Shown here: positions 21,600 through 32,659 of the stretch, piece after piece
How positions within the stretch are numbered: position 1 is the first letter of the stretch
Layout: each line of letters begins with the position of its first letter
Assembly: GCA_963779615.1 (NCBI GenBank)
Contig: CAVZZA010000003.1
Coordinates: forward strand, 768,001 to 832,000
DNA: 64,000 bases
DNA from: an uncultured Nitrososphaeraceae archaeon
GTDB lineage: Archaea; Thermoproteota; Nitrososphaeria; Nitrososphaerales; Nitrososphaeraceae
Reading direction: 5' to 3'
Translations under genes and position numbers: made by a program
Notes under the pieces: model-generated
What the model was told of the DNA's origin: nothing
What the model saw: only the letters and a program-made list of their open reading frames with translations
Database searches by the model: none

Positions 21600-22358
21600 T
21601 CAGGGGCCAGTCCAGTCAAATGGGATATATTTGCTAGACTTGCCATTTCGACTCCATTTATACCCCATTGCATTCGCTTCATCTTTTACGGCAGTTCCCC
21701 ATGTTGCAACTGTTCCCGGTCCTACCTCACTTCCAGGAGGATTAAGCGTTTGAACCCGCTTCCCAGGAGGGGTCATAGGCCCAGTCAAAGCTTCGCCTCT
21801 TGCAACTACTTTTCCGGGTATTTCGGCACTCCAAAAAGACAAGTCATCTGATACTTCAAATTTTATAGGTGTAAAATCGATACCACGAATCTCCCCTATT
21901 AGTTTGGCCAGTTCAGCCATAAAACCTCCAGCTTTCCCACTAAAAATCATTTGAAGAGCTTCTCTCTGTTTTCCATCAGCCCGTTCATCAAAAAAGAACC
22001 CAAGATTTATCTTTGTTGCGCCTGCCCATATATTACCCTCAAAACTTCCAAGGGCTAATGCATTCAGGCCATCAAGTGATGTTCCGCCATAATTCCCCTT
22101 TCGTATATGATATGCGAGCACACCTTCACAATCCCCAAATGTTGGCGGTTGAGCAAATTCACATGGACATGGTATGTTGCATTTACAAACGTCAAACCAA
22201 TCTCCTGATGCCTTCCAGCCCGGGACATCGATTGTCATAATATAGTATTTCATAACCAATATTTTAACATGATGTGCTTTTTCATTCAAAAATGAAATAA
22301 AATAATCATCGGCGGATTCTTTAATTATAATAAATCCTTTTAATGAATCATTTTTCAA
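21600..22358 (-). CDS. DUF1326 family protein (true start probably 22238)
   Basis: WFDVCKCNIPCPC...PT.G.C, FDERA...QREAL..IFSG. Confidence 0.9.
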   Translation of the reverse strand: MKNDSLKGFIIIKESADDYFISFLNEKAHHVKILVMKYYIMTIDVPGWKASGDWFDVCKCNIPCPCEFAQPPTFGDCEGVLAYHIRKGNYGGTSLDGLNALALGSFEGNIWAGATKINLGFFFDERADGKQREALQMIFSGKAGGFMAELAKLIGEIRGIDFTPIKFEVSDDLSFWSAEIPGKVVARGEALTGPMTPPGKRVQTLNPPGSEVGPGTVATWGTAVKDEANAMGYKWSRNGKSSKYIPFDWTGP

Positions 22359-23739
22359 CTATAGCGTTATATCATCTTTTAGTTTGCTGAACCGTTTACC
22401 ATAAACACCATTTTTTTAAAATGTTATATGTTCATTAATTCAAGGCTGTAGAGTAACTGTACTGATATTATTCTTTATATATTTTCGTCAAGCACCCTAG
22501 TGTCAGAATTTAAATAGAAAAATCAATCACACAAGGATTTTGCATACATCGAGACTACAGGTCTAATACTTGTTAGTGAAGTTATTTTTACTGTTGAGTT
22601 CATTCAATCTGCAATTGGGTTCTTAGATGGAGTAAAAGAATCGAAGGAATATTTATTGATGAAGATGAAATACAATCAGGATTAAATAGACAAACCCACT
22701 GAACAAATGGTTAAAATGGAAAAAGAAAATGACTGCAAAACAGGGGAAAAAAATAATCATCCAATCAACCAGAGAGAACTTGAATCACAAAATGCAACAG
22801 TATTAAAATTCTTAAATATCCTGGGGGGATTTTCCTGCATTTTCGCTTATGTATAATATAACATCACCAAGCCCAATGTCTACACACTGCAACAAATACG
22901 AATTCTTTTGCAAATGCAAACAGTTAACACAATGTCTCGCAACCAAAGGAAGAGGTTTTGTGCCATTTTGTTACTTGCTATTGAGACTGACACTTTAGAA
23001 CCATGATGATACGATCCGATATCCATAGCTATTCCTGTGGTTTGTTGGTCAAATGCAGGTAGGTGTTTTAGAGATTTGTTTCTGATCCAATCCTTATGGC
23101 CTACCAATGCTTTTTCTTTTAAGTAACGCTAGAAATATTTAGGTGCATTTTCTTTAACCCCCCAAAAATATTTTCGTTCCGGCTTATTCAATCCCCACTA
23201 ATGCATTTTGACATAGGGGATTAGAGATTAATTTAACATACCTGAGTGATCTCCAAAAAGAACTCTTGTAGGTCATCTACTGGAGACGGTAAAATAAAGG
23301 ATCGATGGCACTGCAGGTAAATAATATTTGTGATTAGTGGCGTTCGGATTAAAAAATGACGTTGCTCCACGGGTTCAATAGAAACTGGTGATTCTTATTA
23401 TTAGATTGGTTATTCTGTGCATGCCATATGTGTCACATATCTAAACTATAAATCACTATCCTGCGATATTGTTAATTGAGAATAATCAAAACAGTCGTTT
23501 TATCACTGAAGGCATAGTTTCATTCCGGTTTCGCTGACTGTAGAACAATTTGCAACTTCCACACGCTTCAACTGCTTTCTGTATCCCTATATGCTTTCCT
23601 TATTTATACAGTCTAATACCTTACAGAATCACCACACTAATGCTGGGAGTCCGTGTAAGACTAAAACATGATTTTCCTCACTATCGAATTTTTATCAGAC
23701 GGGCCTCATTGCTAAAGCAAGAGTGGGTCAGCAACTTGT

Positions 23740-24220
23740 TTATGAGTGTGATGGTTGCATTTTACCATAATCCCATGTAGAAAAAAACTTTGGACTAATT
23801 TCAATGACTACAACCTCCCCCTTCTTTGAGCGATCTGATATCATTTTTGCTATCGGGTGATCGAGCGTACCAAGGGTACTTCATGCTAATTACATCTCCT
23901 TGTGGAATGGTCCTGTAGGGATCTTCTACAATAGTCGCAACACCCTTACCTTTGACTCCCTTATAGGGAAGACTCTCGTCATCTATTGAAAAATAAATGG
24001 TGGGCTTATTCCGGAGGTTTTGAGTTTTCTTGGCTGATTTAGATGTGGTTAGCATGAGTTTTTCTCCATTTTTATCATAGTAAAACCAGACGGGTTGTAT
24101 ATTGGGTTCACCTTGTTCATCGATAGTGGCCAGCTGCAAATTCAATTTACTTTCAAGAAATCCCTCGACCTCTTCCCTAGTCATTCCTGAAACCTCTGGA
24201 GTGGCATTAACGATTTTCAT
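23740..24220 (-). pseudogene. Pyridoxamine 5'-phosphate oxidase-like (PPOX class) protein, frameshifted
   Basis: LATIDEQGEPNIQPVWF, KTQNLR; removing one extra base near 23875 restores KYLGTLDHP...VVIEISPKFFSTWDY to TAA at 23740. Confidence 0.8.
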
Positions 24221-24543
24221 ACTACCTCAACAGCATGCAAACAGAAAAGAGTTTCTTGATGCCCCAGCATATGCTTAGTCAGTCACATAGATTTGGAAAT
24301 GTATATTTATCGGTTGATAGACGAGTAAAATTATCACACCTATTTTTCAGATTTAAGTTAATTTTCAAATCATCAATTACGAACGAGACGGTTCTTTCTT
24401 CAGTTAACAATCCAATTCTCCAATTTTACCCTTTTATTTAGGCACATAAAATGAAATATTATTTTAATACACTAAGGATTGGATTAATACATTCAGTCAA
24501 ATAAAAATTAAAGAGAGTTAATGATAAAATTCGTTAACAGCAT

Positions 24544-25314
24544 ATGGCCAAGGATTTCATTGACAACTTCTCATTTAAATCCAAAGAATACTCGTTTTCA
24601 AGGCCTGTTTATCCTAATGACTTGTTTGAATTTCTAGGTGAAATAACACCCAACAAGGACCTGGCTTGGGATTGCGCAACAGGAAACGGACAAGCAGCAA
24701 TAGGATTATGCAAATACTTCAAAAAGGTAATAGCAAGTGATGCGAGTAAGGAACAAATCGACAACAAATTTGAAAGGGAAAATATTCTGTATAAAGTATT
24801 TCCAGCTGAGGCATCAAACCTTCCAGATAAATCTATTGATCTAGTAACCGTAGCTACTGCGGTCCATTGGTTTGATTTTAACAGATTTTATCACGAGGTC
24901 AATCGAGTTTCCAAAAATGAAGAAGGAGAGGGAAGAATTGCAGTGTGGTGCTATGGAATGCACAAAATTAGTCCCAAAATTGATAAAATCATGGAGAGGC
25001 TCGATGTGGATGGTGACATTTTGGGAGAATTTTGGGCAAATGAAATTAAATTTATCAAAGAAGAATATAGAACAATACCATTTCCGTTTAAGGAGATTGA
25101 TACACCAAAGTTTAAGATGAACACGTATTGGAACATGTACCAACTGTTTAATTATATGCAAACATGGTCAGCAGTAAAAAAATGCGGTATAGGAAAAAAT
25201 TTTGATCCATTGGATTTAGTTCGAGAAGACATTAAGAATCTCTGGGGGACAGAAGAATCAGAACAAAAGTTAGTGACATGGGAAATAAATCTTCGAGTTG
25301 GAGTAATACAATAA
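24544..25314 (+). CDS. Class I SAM-dependent methyltransferase
   Basis: RPVYP, AWDCATGNGQAA, DLVTVATAVHWFD. Confidence 0.92.
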   Translation: MAKDFIDNFSFKSKEYSFSRPVYPNDLFEFLGEITPNKDLAWDCATGNGQAAIGLCKYFKKVIASDASKEQIDNKFERENILYKVFPAEASNLPDKSIDLVTVATAVHWFDFNRFYHEVNRVSKNEEGEGRIAVWCYGMHKISPKIDKIMERLDVDGDILGEFWANEIKFIKEEYRTIPFPFKEIDTPKFKMNTYWNMYQLFNYMQTWSAVKKCGIGKNFDPLDLVREDIKNLWGTEESEQKLVTWEINLRVGVIQ

Positions 25315-25530
25315 TAATGAAACAGTTCAATTGAATAAGAATATCTTATATCGATTGATCCTATTGTTACTATTTTACGTTAGTATTAGTATTGATAACC
25401 TCATTGCCATCAATATTTTGTATTTGTTACTTCGCACATGTTATTTTGTAACCAACTGGCCAATCAACTAGGGTGTCATCCTCAAGTCCTTGCCAATTTA
25501 TATAATTACACTTTTATGGTTGGTATGAAT

Positions 25531-25740
25531 ATGCAAGAACCAAAAGTTACACTTGTGACCGGTATCCCGGGCCGCACAGCCTTTGAAGCGGCCATCATCT
25601 TGGCCAGATGCTGATATGATATACATGATTCTAAGCGCAACCTGGAGAAATCAAAAAGTATAACAAAACGGCCAATAAGGAAAAATTGCCGTTGCAAATT
25701 GTACATCTAGATGTTAACGATAATGGATCTGTCAGAGACA
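25531..25740 (+). pseudogene. SDR N-terminal remnant, paralogue of the 16246 gene
   Basis: MQEPKVTLVTG...RNLEKSK...NKEKLPLQIVHLDVND with frameshifts and stops; nucleotide similarity to 16246-16450. Confidence 0.75.
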
Positions 25741-26127
25741 ACATTCAAATGAAGAATCTCTGAACAACAAGGATAAAGAAATACCAATGGGCGGATTATT
25801 GCGAAACAACGATAATGATCCCACATAGAATAATATCTCCAAGATGACAAATGTGAATACTTGGAGATTCCAATAGTGAAGATTGATTCTCAGATGCTGC
25901 TAGGAAAACTGTTAGGATCTGTCCATTTTTTGCCCTATATCAAACAACTTCACATTGCAGTGGAAAAAGATGACAAAGAAAATTCTACATGACGATTGTG
26001 TGATATCAAATGGCTCCACAAAATTAGCAATCTAGGATTGTGCATTGAGAGAAAGGATCTTGCGAAATAAGTGAAGGCACAAATGTCAGATGTGTTAAAA
26101 ACTGATAAAGGTTTTGTCACATGCATA

Positions 26128-26794
26128 GGCTCTGTTCACTTAACGATAAGGCTATAGCTTAAAGCCGCCCCATCTCTTATATGGGTTGCAGAAACAGAAC
26201 ACATTCAGAGTACATTAGCTATGGCTTGTATCTATATTTTTCAGGGTTATCATAGAGAAGGGCATCAGAAAGACTGTCTTGTTTTGTCAAGCGAAACCAT
26301 GTCTCAATATGGAACTGGATTCAGAAATACCATCCCCAAAGGATATCAACAAAAAGAAAAAAGATTTTTGGGTACGTTGTGGATGAGACACTAATCAAGG
26401 TTGGTTCAGAATACATTTGGCTCTGGGCTGCCATTGAGCCAAAAAACAGGCAAATTCTAGCACTAAACATATCCAGGGAGAGAAACATGCTTGTTGCTGA
26501 AAGGTTTATTGAGGGTTTGGTCAAGATTCATGAAAAGTGTCCGGTATCAACTGATAGTGGAACGTGGTATCTCCAAGCCTGCAAGTTCCTGAATCTAGAT
26601 CATCACATCCATTCCCCTCTGGAGAAAAGCCTGATTGAACGAACAATGCAATACATCAAGTACAGAACAGAAAGTTTTGATGACTACTTTCCATGCAGGA
26701 GAAAGAATTGCAAGCTAAAGCACGTAAAGAATTGGTTGCGGTTTTTTGTAGATTACCATAACAATGAGTTAAAAACGCCTAAGTGAACAGAGAT
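26128..26794 (+). mobile_element. IS6 family element with inactivated transposase
   Basis: Left TIR GGCTCTGTTCACTTA; right TIR TAAGTGAACAGAGAT with 2 terminal mismatches; flanks CATGCATA/CATGCATC; tnp 26181-26786 has TAG at 26253. Confidence 0.9.
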
Positions 26795-26931
26795 CATGCA
26801 TCACAATGAACACATAAAGAATAGCATCACATCCGACTAATAGAGGATAAATAATAGAAGACCATTATAACAGGAGGATTGAAAGGAAAAGAAGGTCTTC
26901 GGATTATTCTTTCAGACAGGAGTTTGTCTTT

Positions 26932-27453
26932 ATGCTAGACTATTTTGAAATGGAACGTGTAATTGAAGAACTTGCCAAAGCTTATCCTGCTCAATGTGCA
27001 ACTACCTGGTTTAAGATAACAAAAAATCACAAACCTTCCGAGGAGGAATATCGAAACAAAGTAGTCGAGTACATGAGTCAATTTGAATATTTGTTAGCCA
27101 CTTATCCGCAAGGCCCTGAAACAGATAAGCTCAAAGACATCGTCAAAAAATCACTAGCAAGAGAAATAGAAAAGGTGCTTAAAGGAGACAATAAAGACGT
27201 AGAAAGGCGATATAAACACTATGTGGCTAATTCCCCATCAGATGTTTCAAAGGATACTTTCAAGGAAGTTTATGAACAACAATATTTGCAGAGATCCTTT
27301 GCTGCTGTTTTAACAAAAGAAAAAAAGAGTAAAAAAAATAAAGACAATACGGCGGTGGAAAAAGAAGAAGAACGTTTGGAAATTCGATATGAAGACAACA
27401 GCGCTGCAGGCAAGCTTCGACGTAAAAAAAAGTTAATGAGGATATTAGATTAA
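26932..27453 (+). CDS. Hypothetical helical protein (possibly the residual C-terminus of a longer gene)
   Basis: 173-aa open frame with charged helical composition. Confidence 0.55.
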   Translation: MLDYFEMERVIEELAKAYPAQCATTWFKITKNHKPSEEEYRNKVVEYMSQFEYLLATYPQGPETDKLKDIVKKSLAREIEKVLKGDNKDVERRYKHYVANSPSDVSKDTFKEVYEQQYLQRSFAAVLTKEKKSKKNKDNTAVEKEEERLEIRYEDNSAAGKLRRKKKLMRILD

Positions 27454-27659
27454 CATCGAAACACAGTCATGATATTTCAGAGCTCTGTATAATTCAGGCA
27501 ATGAATGTCATTATTTCTCAATGCCATAATATTGAAGATTTTGATTTAATACCGAGCTTGAAGGATATCTATGAACAAAAATCATTAAAAGAAAAATGCA
27601 CATTGTTAAGATATACCCGATTGTCAATAACCATGGCATAATTCTTAGTAAAGTTGGAA

Positions 27660-27794
27660 ACAAGAGAGGACAGACATGCATGACCATTTTCCATGGAAAA
27701 AAAGAAAAACTGTAAACTCAAGCCTGTAAATAAGTGGTTAAACCTATTTGCGAATGTGCATAACAAGGAATTCATGCATTAAATGAACAGGGCC
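27660..27794 (+). mobile_element. IS6 3' remnant with right TIR
   Basis: DHFP..K.NCKLK.V.KWLNLFANVHNKE then TAAATGAACAGGGCC (27780-27794). Confidence 0.75.
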
Positions 27795-28304
27795 ATAGTA
27801 CTGCATCATTAAGGCTCTTTATCAAGGCCTTTTCTCCTTATTAAAATTTTTATAAATATGTTCATCGAACCCACACAAGATTTAATTTAAGTTTCGTTTT
27901 TTTGAATGAAAATAACCATCGAATTTACAATATTGTCATTTACGTTGTAAAGATATTTCAATAAGAATTTCCCACAAAATGTAATAATTGATGAGTTATA
28001 TCAAAATACATCCAACAGACAATGGTCAACATCAGCTCATCACCTTCTGCTGTGTTTGAATGTTCATCTTATCTTTTAATGGCTTTTTTATACAGATACC
28101 ATTGAGTTCAATGACGGAAGCCATAAAGGATTTGAAAAAAATTTTTAATACAGATAACATACAAAAATAAAAGCAAGGATGAATTGGCAGGCTAGTGGAA
28201 AAGTTAGCGTCCTCACCTTAACTAGAGGCAAATAGATGGTATCAATAACATTCTAACAGTTATATGAAAGAAAAACAGCATACAAAATAAACAATTACAA
28301 AAAA

Positions 28305-29645
28305 ATGTATAAAGATAAAATTGAAAGGGATATTAATGATGCATGGTATTTCTTTATAGATATTGTAGGAGCATCCAATCCAAATCTATCCATATTTTAT
28401 CAACTAGAAAAAATTAAAAAATTAAAAGACATAATTGGAAGTTTTCTAAATGCTATCAACAACCCAGAAATTTATAAATCATTTACTGGAGACGGAATGT
28501 TAATTGTATTTTTAGACTATAGACCCTCAATAGAGCTATCCATTGAGATTCACAACAAACTAAATGACCATAACAGCCACATTAAAAACGGAGAAAAAAT
28601 TTTTGTTCGGATAGGAATAGGTTTTGGATCATTTTTATCTTTTCAGGATGGGGTTCACAAGGAACTTGCGCCTTGGGGACATGAATTAGTTTTAGCAAAA
28701 AGGATAATGGATTTGGCCAGACCAAATCAAATACTATTGACTGATTTTGCATTTCAAAAGATTAAAAATGATTTCTTATTTGACAAAAATGACTATTGCT
28801 GTCATTTATTTGACAAAGGAAAAATAGCCTTAAAAAACCACAAAGAATTGGAAAATGTATACTCACTTTATAAGGAAAATGAGTATGGAAATAATTTAGA
28901 CATAGAAATTAATTTTGATCTAAAGCCCCTCATCCAATCTCACAAAATAGACAAAAACTTTATTGGTCCACTCCAAAACTTTTGCGAGGAAAGATTTGAA
29001 TATATACTAATAAAATTCAGAGAGCTTGCAAATCCATCAAAAGGTTTAGAGATGAGCTTCATTTCAACAGGTTTACTTTACAAGGTTTTATTTGAAAATG
29101 GATCAGACTACATATCAGTCACATATTTGTCACCAAGTGAATACTGGGAAATCCAAAATAGCGAACCAGTGAACATACTGCGCTATCATGAGAAATCACT
29201 AAAACTAAAAAACCCTTCATATCAAACTAAAAAAAACTACAGATTCATCATAATAGAGAGAGAAAAACTGGACAGGGACATACAAATCAATCAAGACAGT
29301 TCCCTTCTTTTTATAAAATGGCATTCTGAAAATAATGTAAATCTATTCCATATCGAGCCAAATTACATTAATGACATTTTAAGCAAATATCCAAAAATAG
29401 TTCACAATGTGGGTATAGGGCTATGGTACAACAAATACGTATTGCAGTTCGGGCCCATAATGGAGTACACAAATAATAAGGATAGATATCATCCGTTGAA
29501 AAGAAGAAGATTTTGGTTGCACTCTGTTGAGAGCGACACATATTCACAAAGCACACATTTCTTTGATGAGTTGATTAAATCTGCGGTCAATGGCAACATT
29601 CTAAAAATCGATCATAATTTCTATAATAAAATTATAAACCGATAA
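28305..29645 (+). CDS. Class III nucleotidyl cyclase domain fused to an uncharacterised C-terminal domain
   Basis: FFIDIVG, TGDGM, VRIGI..G, WG.....AKRIMD, QILLT in the first ~200 aa. Confidence 0.85.
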   Translation: MYKDKIERDINDAWYFFIDIVGASNPNLSIFYQLEKIKKLKDIIGSFLNAINNPEIYKSFTGDGMLIVFLDYRPSIELSIEIHNKLNDHNSHIKNGEKIFVRIGIGFGSFLSFQDGVHKELAPWGHELVLAKRIMDLARPNQILLTDFAFQKIKNDFLFDKNDYCCHLFDKGKIALKNHKELENVYSLYKENEYGNNLDIEINFDLKPLIQSHKIDKNFIGPLQNFCEERFEYILIKFRELANPSKGLEMSFISTGLLYKVLFENGSDYISVTYLSPSEYWEIQNSEPVNILRYHEKSLKLKNPSYQTKKNYRFIIIEREKLDRDIQINQDSSLLFIKWHSENNVNLFHIEPNYINDILSKYPKIVHNVGIGLWYNKYVLQFGPIMEYTNNKDRYHPLKRRRFWLHSVESDTYSQSTHFFDELIKSAVNGNILKIDHNFYNKIINR

Positions 29646-30327
29646 AATATTCTATCGAATAAGTTGTTGGAAACCTTTTTGATTGATTCAAATTTATTAG
29701 CAAGAATGATTTTAATCTTTTTCAAACTCATGTGATAACTCTTCTGTGCCGTGCATATTAGGCGGATGTCATTGAAAGGTGAATTGATCGATTTATTATC
29801 GAATTTTAATGTTTGTTATATGTCACTTTATATGGTTTTTTGTGTTCAACGGGAAGAAAATAGATGAAAATTTAATATTATGTTCTATGTGATTCAGATC
29901 CAAATAAATTGCAAAATAATGATGAAGATTCTAGACAAGTTAAAAAAGATCGATATAGTGATCTACTAGAACGAGTTGGAAAATATAAGCAATATAGGGA
30001 CAAAGATGGAGTTATTCAGTTCAAGAGGGATATACAACGATTCTTCAAAGAAATGTTACGCAAGTTGAATTTTTTATAGCATTTGAAGACCTGACTGAAG
30101 AAGAGCATAGATTGATGGCTATTGACGAAGGCAAAGAATCTTCATTTGCCAATAGTTGTGTCAATTCATTTTATTGTTTTCAAAAAATAAACTAAACTGT
30201 TATGCTTTGTCGCATAACTATGAAATTCGTCAATCTATACTAGAGCACATATCAGGATAATACGAATATCGATTATTCCTCTTACAAAAATGAAATCAGA
30301 CGTGTAAAAAATACGAAAATTTGAGTT

Positions 30328-32406
30328 ATGCAGCAAAGCAAACTGGTATATCGCACTTGGAAAAGACTCGCACAGTTAACATCTGCAAAAGATGAACTGT
30401 ACAGAAAAGGCCTGTTATTGTATCACGCTAACACTCTGTCTTTAGAGTATTATTTATCAATGTTGAAGATCAAGCATGCTTTGCAGATGATTCCTAAACG
30501 GGCCAGCATTTTAGCAATTCTATTAGGGTTCAGCGCCATTGCATTTTCTATTTACTTTGTTAGGTATTACGACTCAATTACTGACAATATCATGCAAATT
30601 GAAACAGAAGACATTAGCTCAAATACTGAAATTGAATCTAACATGATTTCGAAAATATTGGTAAAAAGCGTCGAATCTGTTGTAGATAACCTTAGGCTAA
30701 TCTCCAACGCGCCATCAGTCCAAAACGGAGATAGTAGTGGTACTGATTTGCTTGCCTTGGCTGAAAACAATACAAATAATTTAGCTGACTTTTATATTTG
30801 GCTTGACAGCGAAGGTCATATAATAGGTACAAGTAGTGGTACTGGCGGAACAAAGGAACATTTAGTAGAAGATCTGTCAAACGCCACATTCTTCTCTATC
30901 CCTGAAAAAACATTTGATGGCTATGTTAGCAATATCTCCTTCCTTGATAATATTCCACGGATGTTTATCTCTTTTCCCATAATGGGTAAAAATATAGGAG
31001 GAGGTGAAATCAATTTCAGTTTGGCAACTGCTGATAGTCCCGATGGAGCATCCAATACGCACATCCCTGAATCAGGCGCATTTAAGGGCATTATTGCTGC
31101 AGCAATAAGGGTGGATACATTAGGAGAATATTTGCAGGATCAAATTCCTCCAGAATACAAAGGCTTTGTGGGTGTAGTCAACGGCAGGGGAATCATATTG
31201 TCTTCTACAAATCTTAGCCATATTGGAAAAAGCATATTTGATACAGATTTAAATCCAATCATACCTTCACAAGCAAAAGATCAATTTAACATTTACTTAA
31301 ACAATGCCCTGTTTGAAAAAAAACCAAGTGTGCAGAATATAACTTATGACAGTAGGCACATATCAATAGGCTATCAGCCCATGTTTTTTGATCGCCCTGT
31401 TGGAGACCAATTTGCAACACTATTTGTTGTTTCTTCTCAACAAGCAACTGATGAAATAAGTTCTTTAATGCAGCAGCACGCATCTTTTGGCATCTCGGTA
31501 TATGGGATTATAATCGTTTTGTCAACAGGATTAGCATTCATTGTCTTGCTTTGGAATAAAAAGCTAAAGGATATGGTGAATAAAAACACAAAAGAACTTC
31601 AAAAAGCAAATCAAAATTTGCACTTGGCAAATGAACAGCTTAAGGTTCACGACAAAATGCAGAAAGACTTTATCAATATTGCAGCGCATGAATTGAGGAC
31701 GCCTATTCAGGTTATCATGGGCAATGCTGAGTTGGCCACATCTGATCCATCATATAAGGAGTTTGACGATAAGAATGGGCAATTCATTAATGCAATAAGT
31801 AGAAACGCATCAAGGCTTCACAGGCTGACTGAATATATCCTAGACGTAGCAAAGATAGAGAGTAACCTATTAAAGATAAAGAAAGAGGAGATCAACATAA
31901 ATGAAAAGGTAAAGGATGTTGTAGACTATTTTAAAAACAAACAAGAAGCACATTGCAATGACGGCAACACACATAAAAAGAGAAAAAATGTCGAATTTGT
32001 ATTCATTAGGCCCAAAGTTAATCCAATATTAGTTGAAGCAGACGCATCAAGATTTGAGCAGGTAATTTCCAACCTAATGGACAATGCAATTAAATTTATC
32101 GACAGTACAGAAGGAAAAGTAACAGTAAGTATTGATTTTGATGCAGATTATGCAAATCAGCATAACAATGTCAAGGATAAAAAGAAGTCAGTAATAATAA
32201 GTGTCAAGGATAATGGTCGAGGAATCCATCCAGATATGTTTCATAATTTGTTTGACAAATTTACTTCAAAAGCAGAATTTGGAACTGGATTGGGATTGTT
32301 TATTTCCAAAAGCATTATTGAGTCCCATGGTGGAAAGATATGGGCGGATAATAACAAGGATGGAAGAGGCGCAACCTTATCATTTAGTCTACCATTGAAA
32401 GATTAA
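30328..32406 (+). CDS. Membrane sensor histidine kinase with extracellular Cache-like domain
   Basis: Two TM helices, AAHELRTP H-box, NLMDNAIKF, VKDNGRGI, GTGLGL; start probably near 30460-30490. Confidence 0.93.
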   Translation: MQQSKLVYRTWKRLAQLTSAKDELYRKGLLLYHANTLSLEYYLSMLKIKHALQMIPKRASILAILLGFSAIAFSIYFVRYYDSITDNIMQIETEDISSNTEIESNMISKILVKSVESVVDNLRLISNAPSVQNGDSSGTDLLALAENNTNNLADFYIWLDSEGHIIGTSSGTGGTKEHLVEDLSNATFFSIPEKTFDGYVSNISFLDNIPRMFISFPIMGKNIGGGEINFSLATADSPDGASNTHIPESGAFKGIIAAAIRVDTLGEYLQDQIPPEYKGFVGVVNGRGIILSSTNLSHIGKSIFDTDLNPIIPSQAKDQFNIYLNNALFEKKPSVQNITYDSRHISIGYQPMFFDRPVGDQFATLFVVSSQQATDEISSLMQQHASFGISVYGIIIVLSTGLAFIVLLWNKKLKDMVNKNTKELQKANQNLHLANEQLKVHDKMQKDFINIAAHELRTPIQVIMGNAELATSDPSYKEFDDKNGQFINAISRNASRLHRLTEYILDVAKIESNLLKIKKEEININEKVKDVVDYFKNKQEAHCNDGNTHKKRKNVEFVFIRPKVNPILVEADASRFEQVISNLMDNAIKFIDSTEGKVTVSIDFDADYANQHNNVKDKKKSVIISVKDNGRGIHPDMFHNLFDKFTSKAEFGTGLGLFISKSIIESHGGKIWADNNKDGRGATLSFSLPLKD

Positions 32407-32499
32407 AGCACGGAATATATACACCGTCAAACAAAGATTGCGCCATCAATCTACATTGAATATGGTAAAATTATCCTTTTTATGCGTCTTCTTCCAAAT

Positions 32500-32562
32500 G
32501 CAGGTCACACTTTAGCGGTGATCACAACTAGCTATAACTCTATTGAATTTTGGGATAGAATC
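32500..32562 (-). mobile_element. Orphan IS5 left-end remnant
   Basis: Minus strand GATTCTATCCCAAAATTCAATAGAGTTATAGCT versus IS5 left end GAGTCTATCCCAAAATTCGATAGAATTATAGCT (3907). Confidence 0.7.
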
Positions 32563-32659
32563 TAGTTTAATCGGTAAAAGATATCTTATACAAGAACAAT
32601 AAATATGTTTTATTTCAAATAATAAGAATTTGTGCTAGAATATATCCTGTTTATGACAT

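Larger units (their letters stand above)
25844..27453 (+). pseudogene. Long degraded gene interrupted by IS6; ORF 26932-27453 is its C-terminal part
   Basis: After removing the IS and one target duplication, the frame runs ...TDKGFVTC|ITMNT... in phase into ATG 26932, with four in-frame stops. Confidence 0.55.

Noticed and set aside
22480-23740. Short ORFs 22880-23107 and 23550-23780
   Set aside because: No recognisable motifs; probably decayed or spurious
26253-26255. In-frame TAG as pyrrolysine or readthrough
   Set aside because: Other copies have Leu there, the TIR is also damaged, and no pyl genes are seen
28305-29645. Calling the cyclase a Pycsar system
   Set aside because: No adjacent cNMP-binding TM or TIR effector is visible; kept only as a hypothesis
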